From: a virus
Taxonomy: Duplodnaviria > Caudoviricetes
Strand: one strand, 5' to 3'
IMG/VR virus record: IMGVR_UViG_3300048565_000023
Location: 1-46,385 of that record
DNA length: 46,385 bases
Below, piece by piece: positions 16,756 to 24,791 of the stretch. The notes under the pieces were generated by a model. That model did no database searches. It saw only the letters and a list, made by a program, of their open reading frames with translations, and was not told the origin of the DNA. Numbering within the stretch: position 1 is the first letter of the stretch; each line of letters starts with the position of its first letter. The position numbers and the translations under genes are program-made.

Positions 16756-16757
16756 CT

Positions 16758-16943
16758 ATGCCAAAAACCCTTATCGAGTCCAAGACGTTCTGGGTGAACC
16801 TACTCACCGGGGCAATCGCCGTGGGCGGGTATCTAACCGGCGTGATTCCGGCGCAGTACCAGCCTTATCTGATTGGCGGACTCGCCATCGCGAATATCGT
16901 TCTGCGGCTCATCACTGGCCAGCCGATCGACAAGGTGGCGTGA
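16758..16943 (+). CDS. Holin-like two-TM protein
   Basis: SKTFWVN....two hydrophobic helices....ANIVLRLITGQPI. Confidence 0.65.
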   Translation: MPKTLIESKTFWVNLLTGAIAVGGYLTGVIPAQYQPYLIGGLAIANIVLRLITGQPIDKVA

Positions 16944-17045
16944 TGGAAACCATCCCCTGCCCGTACTGCGAGGAGCCAAAGCCCTGCGGTGTGTGTAAGG
17001 GGAAACGAAGGCTAGTCGAACTCAAAGAACCAAGAGGATTTGAAG

Positions 17046-17300
17046 ATGCACTATCGAAACGGACGCGAAGCCAAAAACGGCGACAAGATCATCCAAATCG
17101 GGGGCTACGGAAGTAGTGCCCAAGTCACCGCCATTGGCGTTCTGTACGACGCGAAACCGGGCAACGACTACTGCAACGGAAGCATCGCACCGATTCAATC
17201 GCCCGGCACTTCGGCCTGCCTTTGCGACTGCATCCACGTCGACGACTTGGCGGCGATCCTCGCAGAGAAGGGCCTCGATAAGCGGCCGAAGGCTTTGTGA
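17046..17300 (+). CDS. Conserved hypothetical protein
   Basis: MHYRNGREAKNGD...GVLYDA.PGNDYCNG...ACLCDC.HVDD. Confidence 0.7.
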   Translation: MHYRNGREAKNGDKIIQIGGYGSSAQVTAIGVLYDAKPGNDYCNGSIAPIQSPGTSACLCDCIHVDDLAAILAEKGLDKRPKAL

Positions 17301-17480
17301 CGTGTTGGGGGTGCAGGCGATGCGACAACGAAAATCGAACCGGCTGCCATTCCTGGGGACGCGACCCTCGAATGATCGGAGTGCCGATTTATCGCGGCAA
17401 GCGAACTAAGGAACACGCCGAAGCGATTCGCGAAACCAAGTTCGGTGTGGATCGGTGATTCGCAAGGAGATTCGGGACTA

Positions 17481-17771
17481 ATGAACATTCCAACCTGGGT
17501 GCTGTGGGCTGTTGGTGCCCTAACCATCGCCGCTGCTGGAATCAGTTACGGCCCGACGCTGCTTGCCTCGATCCTTTCCAAGAGAACTTCGCCCGTGCCG
17601 AATTCCACGCCCGAAACCGCTCACAAACTCGTTAGCGAGATCATCGACGTTGAATGCCCCCATGAGGCGACCTTCCTTGCCGTAAAACGAGCGTTTGACC
17701 ACGGCGACTACGAAGTATGCCGGAAGCTCCTAGAGGCCGCGATTGAGCAGAAGGGGCCTTTGAATGGCTAG
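17481..17771 (+). CDS. Membrane-anchored protein
   Basis: N-terminal TM; AAGGAG upstream. Confidence 0.6.
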   Translation: MNIPTWVLWAVGALTIAAAGISYGPTLLASILSKRTSPVPNSTPETAHKLVSEIIDVECPHEATFLAVKRAFDHGDYEVCRKLLEAAIEQKGPLNG

Positions 17772-18213
17772 CGCTCACAAGCGGTTCATGGCGATCATGA
17801 TCGTCGGGCTGATGGCGATTACGGGCGGAGTTGTCGCATCGAATTCGCCATGGCTCGTGCCGATCGCTTTCGTCAAGCCGCCGTTTGAGTGCGAAGGGTT
17901 ACACGTTCTGGTGATCGAGGATGAAACCGCCCGTAAGTCGATGACCTCGAAACAGATTGCAGCCTTCGAAGGGGCAGATGTTCGCGATTGGACCGACAAG
18001 AACGCAAAAGAGTTTCTGGTGCTCGACAAGGACGCGGACAAAGCCTCAATGTCGAAGTGGACGAAAGACGCCTGGGAAGTCTACGAAAAAGCCGAAGGCA
18101 AAAAGCTTCCGTGGGTGGTTCTCTCGAATGGGAAAACAGGCACCTCCGAAGCCTACCCAGCTAATCCGGCTGACGCCATTGCGTTGCTGTCGAAGTACGG
18201 AGTGAGCAAGTGA
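17764..18213 (+). CDS. Membrane-anchored exported protein, possibly degenerate thioredoxin-like fold
   Basis: N-terminal TM; VLVIE...LVLDKD...LPWVVL pattern; coupled to peptidase. Confidence 0.6.
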   Translation: MASAHKRFMAIMIVGLMAITGGVVASNSPWLVPIAFVKPPFECEGLHVLVIEDETARKSMTSKQIAAFEGADVRDWTDKNAKEFLVLDKDADKASMSKWTKDAWEVYEKAEGKKLPWVVLSNGKTGTSEAYPANPADAIALLSKYGVSK

Positions 18214-19037
18214 GCGACACGTATTGCGAACAATCCGGCTTGCTCGTTATCGATAGCACGAACGCGCATCGCTACTGCCCGTCTGATGGGATGGTGATCG
18301 ACGGGCGGGTGATGTCCACGGGGCTAATCAGCAAGAGCGATTACACGGGGTCCGCAGTCTGTGAGCCGTGGCCGTACGAAGATATTCCGCGTGACGAGTG
18401 GGTTGAGCGAATCGATGAGTACCGCGAACTAAAGCGGTCTGTATTCCACTTCTACGACCGTGAGAATGCCCCCTGCCTCGATCAGAACGGCACGAACTAC
18501 TGCCACGCAAACGGGCTAGTTCAAGTTGCAATTGCCAAGCTCATGAAGCAGGGGCACGGATACATTCCGCTCTCGCCTGCGAGCGTTGCCGCGCCGCTCT
18601 TGGGCTATCGCAACTCTGGTGGTCTTGGGCGTGAAGATCTTGAATACGCCGCCCAGCACGGCATCTCAGAAACGAAGTATTGGCCGAACAACGCGATTGA
18701 CCGGAAGTACGACAACGAAGAAAGCCGCGCGAGTCGTGCCAAGTTCGTGCCCACAAAGTTCTATGTTTTGCCGTGGCGATTCGAAGCCAAGATGACGGCC
18801 CTTCTCATGGGTTGGGAACTGGCCTGCGGATACGGCTATTGGTCGCACGAAATTATGGCCGCTGCTCCTTGGTACAGGAAGCAAGGCAACCGAGTGATTT
18901 TTGGCTCGGAGGAAATGAATAGCTGGGGCATGAACTGGCCAAATCAAGGCGCCAAGGGGCGCTGCGTTCTAGAAGAATCAAAGTCCGGCGACCTGATCGA
19001 TTGCGTTGCAATTGCCCAGATGAAGCCGCTTGCGTAG
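18210..19037 (+). CDS. Papain-like (clan CA, C1) cysteine peptidase
   Basis: DQNGTNYCHAN (Gln/Cys), LSP, GG, WSHEI (His), NSWG..W (Asn). Confidence 0.85.
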   Translation: MSDTYCEQSGLLVIDSTNAHRYCPSDGMVIDGRVMSTGLISKSDYTGSAVCEPWPYEDIPRDEWVERIDEYRELKRSVFHFYDRENAPCLDQNGTNYCHANGLVQVAIAKLMKQGHGYIPLSPASVAAPLLGYRNSGGLGREDLEYAAQHGISETKYWPNNAIDRKYDNEESRASRAKFVPTKFYVLPWRFEAKMTALLMGWELACGYGYWSHEIMAAAPWYRKQGNRVIFGSEEMNSWGMNWPNQGAKGRCVLEESKSGDLIDCVAIAQMKPLA

Positions 19038-19047
19038 GAGGATCGTT

Positions 19048-19686
19048 ATGCGTGGAACTGTTACAGGGTTGATGGTAACTGTGGGCTGCCTGTTTCTCTC
19101 ACTCGCAGCAAGTGTGCCGGCCGATGTGCCGAAGGCTAAGCCTGTCGTCGAAGCCAAAACCATCACAGAGATCGAGCTGCCGGACTTGTCTTCGACAATG
19201 AGTGAAGACGAATTCGAAGCGTCGGAGCTACGTAATCAACTCTGCGACATGCCGGATGACACTTTGGCGGACTTCCTGCACAAAGCCCGCCGCGATTACA
19301 CGCTGGCCACGGAAGAGACTGCGAAACGCCAGCCGGTAAAAGCGCAGAGTTCTGCGCCTTTGCAATGCGTTTGCAACCCCTGCACTTGCCCACCGAAAGC
19401 GGAGGTCAGTCAGGCACCAGCAAACCCTACTTTGTATCGCACGACGACGTACCAGGAGCAGCTACAGGAAGTTCGCGGCCCGATGGGGTTTCTGTTGGGC
19501 TACCGGAGGGTTTCCGTCCCGGTCGAGACCTTATCGACCACGCCGCCGATGTCTTCGAACGTGAGCGTGACGACACAATCAGCAAGCTCCCCGACGTTGC
19601 AAGTAAAGCCAGTGACGCAGCAACCCGTGCGGCGATTCGTGCAGCCTATGCAGAACTGCCCCAATGGGCGCTGCCCGTTGCGATAG
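19048..19686 (+). CDS. Exported Cys-motif protein
   Basis: AGGAGG RBS; signal peptide; CVCNPCTC; terminal CPNGRCP. Confidence 0.7.
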   Translation: MRGTVTGLMVTVGCLFLSLAASVPADVPKAKPVVEAKTITEIELPDLSSTMSEDEFEASELRNQLCDMPDDTLADFLHKARRDYTLATEETAKRQPVKAQSSAPLQCVCNPCTCPPKAEVSQAPANPTLYRTTTYQEQLQEVRGPMGFLLGYRRVSVPVETLSTTPPMSSNVSVTTQSASSPTLQVKPVTQQPVRRFVQPMQNCPNGRCPLR

Positions 19687-19757
19687 GGCTGGTGGGTTCG
19701 TGGGTGGTGTTCGTGGTGGCGTTTGTTGTGAAGGTGATTCAGGGGTTTTGGAAATGA
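19365..19757 (+). CDS. Overlapping out-of-frame ORF with C-terminal TM helix
   Basis: Helical segment then LPVAIGLVGSWVVFVVAFVVKVI; stop forms ATGA with next gene. Confidence 0.45.
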   Translation: MRLQPLHLPTESGGQSGTSKPYFVSHDDVPGAATGSSRPDGVSVGLPEGFRPGRDLIDHAADVFERERDDTISKLPDVASKASDAATRAAIRAAYAELPQWALPVAIGLVGSWVVFVVAFVVKVIQGFWK

Positions 19758-19882
19758 AGTATCAGTGCAAAGTTTACAGGCCCCGAGTTCGTTCAATTGT
19801 GCTGACGTCAACCACTAACCCAAAGTATGACTCACGGGGCAAGGTGCTGGTGACGATTTCAGTGAAGCGGGGCTCAGAGTGA
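19754..19882 (+). CDS. Small basic protein
   Basis: ATGA and GTGA coupling. Confidence 0.4.
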   Translation: MKYQCKVYRPRVRSIVLTSTTNPKYDSRGKVLVTISVKRGSE

Positions 19883-20091
19883 AATTCACGATTCGACAAC
19901 TGCTAGTCGTGACAGTCGCAGTCTCGCTGTTCACTGCATGGATACAACCGCAGCGGGCGCGATGGTTGGAGGCGTGGGTAGATGTTGGAAAACGCGACGC
20001 TGTGATCGCTAGGTACGGAGTTTCCTTTCATCCGTTGTTTTGGCCCGACAGGATTTCGATCGTTTTTTACCATCCAGTGGATGCAGTATGA
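19879..20091 (+). CDS. Small membrane protein
   Basis: MKFTIRQLLVVTVAVSLF N-terminus. Confidence 0.55.
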   Translation: MKFTIRQLLVVTVAVSLFTAWIQPQRARWLEAWVDVGKRDAVIARYGVSFHPLFWPDRISIVFYHPVDAV

Positions 20092-20294
20092 GTAGAAGAG
20101 TGATTCTTCAAGTGACCTGCGACGAATGCGGGATCATGTTTCAGCGAGAGATTTTCTCCGCAGTAAGCGGCATGCTTGTGTTTACGAATAGCCAAAACGT
20201 CAAGGGCTGGACCCTTGAGCAATTAGCGAGCGGTGGCTGCAAGGACTACTGTCCCCGGTGTGGGCATTCAGTGAAGGATGCGGAGATAGCATGA
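20088..20294 (+). CDS. Small zinc-finger protein
   Basis: CDECG...GW...DYCPRC. Confidence 0.6.
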   Translation: MSRRVILQVTCDECGIMFQREIFSAVSGMLVFTNSQNVKGWTLEQLASGGCKDYCPRCGHSVKDAEIA

Positions 20295-20424
20295 TTCACG
20301 CCTCGGACTGGCTTTACTTGTTAGAGGTGGTGGTTCGTGGCACTGGACAAGCCGTCATTTATGCAGCGGCTGCGATTTGGATCACGGATCGAATTTGCGA
20401 CACGTACATGAAGGCGAAACAGTG

Positions 20425-20706
20425 ATGCTTGACCAACTCGCCATCGTCCGAAAGCACGCACTACTCGTGTGGCAGCATCCACGCGAAACACCGCGCCAGA
20501 CCTTGGGGGCTATCCACGCAGCTGCGGCAGTCGCTTACGACGAGATCGAATCAACGATTCCGAAGTCGCCGTTGGTGTTGATCCTGACCATTGTGCAGAT
20601 CATTTACATGATCGGCTGGTTGATTTCTGTGGTGTGGCCACGAAGGCCCCCACAAGAGGATGCGGAAGACGAACTGGAACAAATGCTGGCGCAGTTGAGC
20701 GCCTAG
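20425..20706 (+). CDS. Membrane protein
   Basis: Hydrophobic helix LVLILTIVQIIYMIGWLISVVW. Confidence 0.6.
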   Translation: MLDQLAIVRKHALLVWQHPRETPRQTLGAIHAAAAVAYDEIESTIPKSPLVLILTIVQIIYMIGWLISVVWPRRPPQEDAEDELEQMLAQLSA

Positions 20707-20718
20707 AGGCAGGGGCAA

Positions 20719-20961
20719 GTGATGGAACACGCAGCGATGACGGCCGATGCCGCACAGAAAGCATTTGACCAAGCCGGAACACCTGAGGCGCGCGTTCTGT
20801 GGGTGATCGTGTTCGCGCTTACCGCTGGCTTCCTGTTCCTTTGGTATCGCGGATGGCGAGAAGCTGACGAGTGCGAAAAGAAGCACGAACTATGCGAACA
20901 GCGAGTGCTTGAGTTGTCCGTGAGAGTGGCCCGCCTTGAGCCGCGAACTAACCAGCCCTGA
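20719..20961 (+). CDS. TM plus coiled-coil protein (holin/lysis-accessory-like)
   Basis: One TM followed by heptad segment. Confidence 0.6.
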   Translation: MMEHAAMTADAAQKAFDQAGTPEARVLWVIVFALTAGFLFLWYRGWREADECEKKHELCEQRVLELSVRVARLEPRTNQP

Positions 20962-20980
20962 TCGATTCGGAGAGTGGGGG

Positions 20981-21217
20981 ATGGCACAGAAAGAAAACCG
21001 AGTCGTTGAATTGCTAATGGCCATAGGCTTGTCCGTGGCGTTTTTGGTTGTTTACGTGATGGGAAATTTCAAGGGCATGTTGATCGAGCGTAAGGCCTGG
21101 GAAGCAAAGCAGCGCGGCCGAATCATTCGCTCTGATGGACCTGATTACGGATTGGAAGAGTACACCGAAGAAGACCTGGACCGCATGATTCGCGAACTGG
21201 AAAAGAAATCCAAATGA
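20981..21217 (+). CDS. Membrane protein
   Basis: One TM; ATGA coupling to next gene. Confidence 0.55.
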   Translation: MAQKENRVVELLMAIGLSVAFLVVYVMGNFKGMLIERKAWEAKQRGRIIRSDGPDYGLEEYTEEDLDRMIRELEKKSK

Positions 21218-23151
21218 CACTCCTCCCCCTCCTCCTATTCGCCGTGTTGCCAACGCTGGAAGTTCCTGCGGGGGAAACTCGCACGATTGATGCGCGTGCG
21301 GAATACGCCAGCATCGAAGTCAACGGTGAGCTAACGCTCAAAGCCGACGTGACGAGCCACGGCAACGTGAACGTCAGGCCCACTGGCAAGCTCTCGATTC
21401 AGAACGCGCACCTGCACTTCATCGTCGAAGATTCCAGCACGTTCATTGGCGGGGAGTCTGAGGCTTCCCGCTCAGATATCGGGCTTTGGATTGAGGGCCG
21501 GTGTGAGATTACGGGGGATGAGGTTACGCAGTTTGTTGAGTTCTTTCCCTCGACGGAAGACCTTACCGAATCCTATGGAGTGAAGCGATTCACGTGCAGC
21601 GAAACGAACCAAGTAAGAACGGGCTGGCATCCCGGCGACCACTATCGAATTATCTCACCCGATGGAAGCGCAACCGCTGGCCCGTGGGAGGCGACCGGCT
21701 TTCAGGTTGGCGAGCGAAAGATTCTGCCTCGTGTGGTAAATCTCACCCGCACAGCCGGAGTCAGTTCCGGAACCGGCAACCACAAAGCCCACGTAATCGT
21801 CTTACACAACGGCGTTCTCAATGCGAAGTACGCCGAGTTCAAGAACCTAGGCCCCAAGGGCATCAAAGGCCGCTACCCAATTCACCTGCACAGGGCTACC
21901 TGCAATTGTGACGACGGTCGCGGCAGCTCTTCAATCGTAAATTGCTCGGTGTATTCGACTGATGATCCAAGTAATCGCGGCATTGCCATTCACGACACGC
22001 ACGGGCATTTGGTTCAAGGGAACGTGTTCTACAACGTCCAAGGCCACGCGGTTTTCTTCGAACAGCCGACCGGCAACGAAGTCGATAACCAGATCCTCGA
22101 CAACATCACGATTAACGTCAGCGGCGGTCAGCGTACGCTCATGTCTTCCGGCAAACTTGCGCTGCTCGATGGCGTGGAGATCGTTCCGAACGATGAGGAA
22201 TTGATTTACCCCTGGACGGCGCACTATTGGGTTCGGCCGGGGAACGTGATTCGGAACAACCTAGCTGTGGGTGGAACCGCTCTCGGCATGGTTGTGATGC
22301 CTGGCAAGGGTGGAAGCGTCTGCGAGATCGAAGGGCAGCAGGTCTGGGGAGTCGGCACTTGGGGCCTGCAGAATGTTGGCAAGACCACTTGGCGCAATCC
22401 GGTAGCGATTAACTGCGCTGTGGCGGGTTACGGTTCGGTTGCCAAATGGATCGATCGAGGGGATGGAAAACCGCATAGCGATGCGGGGACGCAGTTGTTT
22501 AACCCAGTTCTCTTGCTCAACGGCACCCGCCCGAAGGACGACAAGGAACGCTCTTACCGTTCGCAGATATTCGCGAACCAATCCCCGGATGTGACGGTTA
22601 CGAATGGCACGCTCGCTGGTGATGTTGGGCTAGCGGTTCACTACTCATCAATGGTCAGAACCGACAACGCCAAGTTCAACACGAACACTTTAGCCAGTAT
22701 GACCTATTACGAGTCGTCAGTCCTGATTTCGAGCGGTGAGGTTGTGACGAAGTTTCTCACTGATCGGCCATATCCGATGTCGAAGGCGATTCACGGGCAG
22801 TTGTATCTAGTTACCACGCTAAACGGCGTCGGAGTCGACAAGACGTTTGTTAGCAAAGCAATCGCCGCACAGGCTGGAATAGCACCCATCAACAACGTGA
22901 TTTTGACTTTTGCCAACGGCCAGAAAGAAATCGTTGGCGTTGAGATTCCGAGCGTGGCGCCTGCTAAAGCGACTTTCCCGGCTGGGATCAAATACGTTCG
23001 CCTGTGGCAACGCGGCGACCCTGTGCCGACGACTTACCCGCTCAATGCGATGAACGCGATGCTGATTCCTGGGACTTATCAGGGAGTTGGCTGGACGGCT
23101 GAGAAGTTTTCAGACCCGCCTGCTTGGTCGGGTGAGGTGGTGGTGAAGTGA
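21214..23151 (+). CDS. Exported G8/CEMIP-like right-handed beta-helix protein
   Basis: Signal-like N-terminus; V.NLTR; EFKNLG....GRYPIHLH; NRGIAIHDTH...GNVFYNVQGHAVFFE..GNE.DN. Confidence 0.8.
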   Translation: MTLLPLLLFAVLPTLEVPAGETRTIDARAEYASIEVNGELTLKADVTSHGNVNVRPTGKLSIQNAHLHFIVEDSSTFIGGESEASRSDIGLWIEGRCEITGDEVTQFVEFFPSTEDLTESYGVKRFTCSETNQVRTGWHPGDHYRIISPDGSATAGPWEATGFQVGERKILPRVVNLTRTAGVSSGTGNHKAHVIVLHNGVLNAKYAEFKNLGPKGIKGRYPIHLHRATCNCDDGRGSSSIVNCSVYSTDDPSNRGIAIHDTHGHLVQGNVFYNVQGHAVFFEQPTGNEVDNQILDNITINVSGGQRTLMSSGKLALLDGVEIVPNDEELIYPWTAHYWVRPGNVIRNNLAVGGTALGMVVMPGKGGSVCEIEGQQVWGVGTWGLQNVGKTTWRNPVAINCAVAGYGSVAKWIDRGDGKPHSDAGTQLFNPVLLLNGTRPKDDKERSYRSQIFANQSPDVTVTNGTLAGDVGLAVHYSSMVRTDNAKFNTNTLASMTYYESSVLISSGEVVTKFLTDRPYPMSKAIHGQLYLVTTLNGVGVDKTFVSKAIAAQAGIAPINNVILTFANGQKEIVGVEIPSVAPAKATFPAGIKYVRLWQRGDPVPTTYPLNAMNAMLIPGTYQGVGWTAEKFSDPPAWSGEVVVK

Positions 23152-23717
23152 TGGAATTGATTGAAACACAGGCCGAAACGTTAGCTCACATTCGACGAGT
23201 TCAGGAGCTTCTCTATGGGGTTGTTCGAAACCTACTGGAGCGCGCCCGCCTTCACGATCTATCGAAACTGTCGGAGCCGGAATTGTCCGTCTTTGCAGAG
23301 TTTACGCCGAAATTGAAGGGCTCAACGTATGGCAGTGAAGAGTACAGGGCTTTCCTTGATGGCATGAGACCAGCACTTGAGCATCATTACGCAGAAAACC
23401 GCCACCATCCCGAGCACTGGAAAAACGGAATTCGGGACATGAGCTTGCTTGACCTCATCGAAATGGTTTGCGACTGGAAGGCCGCAACCGAGAGGCATGC
23501 TAATGGCGACTTAGGCAAGTCAATCGAATTGAACAAAAAGCGATTTAGTTACGGCGACGACATTGAGCAAATCTTTCGTCGCACGGCAACAGAGCTGTTT
23601 CAGACTAGGGCAGACCTCTGGCATTGCTTTGGTTGCGGGTGCGGTGGATGTGACGGCAACTTTTGCAGCATGTGCGGTGCAGGCCGAAACGATTATGTAA
23701 AGCAGGGACCAACCTAA
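23148..23717 (+). CDS. DUF5662-like HD-domain protein with C-terminal Zn ribbon
   Basis: HI..V, HDLSKL, HHY..NRHHPEHW, EMVCDW; CFGC...CSMC. Confidence 0.8.
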   Translation: MMELIETQAETLAHIRRVQELLYGVVRNLLERARLHDLSKLSEPELSVFAEFTPKLKGSTYGSEEYRAFLDGMRPALEHHYAENRHHPEHWKNGIRDMSLLDLIEMVCDWKAATERHANGDLGKSIELNKKRFSYGDDIEQIFRRTATELFQTRADLWHCFGCGCGGCDGNFCSMCGAGRNDYVKQGPT

Positions 23718-23727
23718 CCCGCCGAGC

Positions 23728-23784
23728 GCTCCCGCAGCGTTTCGCACTTTGTAGAGAGAGGACGAAGCGTTGCGGGGGCTTTTT
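23728..23784 (+). terminator. Putative intrinsic terminator
   Basis: 17-bp stem (23728-23744/23763-23779, with G-U pairs) followed by TTTTT; loop is long. Confidence 0.6.
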
Positions 23785-23804
23785 GAGATTGGAGAGGAAA
23801 GAAC

Positions 23805-24119
23805 ATGGCAGTAGCACACATCAACTTTAACGCGGGCACTCCACATGGAGGGCTGTTGAAAAACGGACTGTCGCGACTTGAAGACGCGTTCAACTCGTTG
23901 AACGAACTCAAGGCCGCCATGCAACTCATGATCGACGGCGATGGTTCGCAGGTGGCGCAGTTCGCCTACATGCAGGACAAATTTGGATTCGTCGACAACG
24001 CCGGTGCGAAGGCCGCGTGGGACGAGCTGAACAGCGTTTTATTCAAGCTCAACACCAACTCGTCCGTCGACTCGGTGAACGCCGCGTTGCTTCAAGTCTT
24101 CAATAAGTTTCGACAGTAA
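23805..24119 (+). CDS. Hypothetical protein (first gene of structural cluster)
   Basis: GGAGAGG RBS; helical protein. Confidence 0.7.
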   Translation: MAVAHINFNAGTPHGGLLKNGLSRLEDAFNSLNELKAAMQLMIDGDGSQVAQFAYMQDKFGFVDNAGAKAAWDELNSVLFKLNTNSSVDSVNAALLQVFNKFRQ

Positions 24120-24122
24120 CCA

Positions 24123-24791
24123 ATGCCCGCTACCTGGGAATCACAAGCAACCGACCCGACAACCTCGTCGGGCGATACGTCGATGGTCGTCACCAAGCCG
24201 ACCGGCCTGGCTGTCGGCGATTTGCTGCTTGGGATTGGTCAGTGCGTAACGTCGCGGACTATCAGTGCTCCTGGTGGCTGGACCGTCGTTGCGAATGACT
24301 CCTCAACGATTCGCGTTTACATTTGGACCAAGATCGCCGACTCAAGCGACGTTGCTGCTTCGAACTTTACATTCACCGCGTCAGGATCATTTTCGCAGGC
24401 GATTGTCACGCTGCATCGCGTTTCGTCGCCATCCACGAACACACCGACGTTTTCGATTGGCTCGGCCGTCAACTCGTCCTCGCAATCGTGCCCGACGATC
24501 AGCACACCGACGAATAATTGCCTCGTGTTTTGGGGTTGCACGAACAGCAACGGCGGCCAAACTTCGACCGCCGACAAGGGGACCGAGCGAACCGATACGG
24601 GCAACGCAACCTCGGGCTGCTGGATCGGTGTTTATAGCAACCTGGAAGCGACCGCCGGGAGCATCACCGGCGCGACGATCACGCTCTCGACCTCGCAAAC
24701 GTCGCGGGCCTTTTCCATTGCGATCGAATCGGCCGCCGCCGCGGCCGGGAACTCCCGCTATTACCGACAGCAAGAGGCGCTCGCCCTATGA
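24123..24791 (+). CDS. Ser/Thr-rich putative virion beta-sandwich protein
   Basis: KPTGLAVGDLLL...APGGWT...YIWTKIA...FTFT pattern typical of phage fibre/adhesion domains. Confidence 0.65.
   Translation: MPATWESQATDPTTSSGDTSMVVTKPTGLAVGDLLLGIGQCVTSRTISAPGGWTVVANDSSTIRVYIWTKIADSSDVAASNFTFTASGSFSQAIVTLHRVSSPSTNTPTFSIGSAVNSSSQSCPTISTPTNNCLVFWGCTNSNGGQTSTADKGTERTDTGNATSGCWIGVYSNLEATAGSITGATITLSTSQTSRAFSIAIESAAAAAGNSRYYRQQEALAL

Noticed and set aside
19483-19514. GGGTTT runs as a frameshift site joining ORFs 19048 and 19365
   Set aside because: Neither run forms an X XXY YYZ heptamer in the reading frame of the upstream gene
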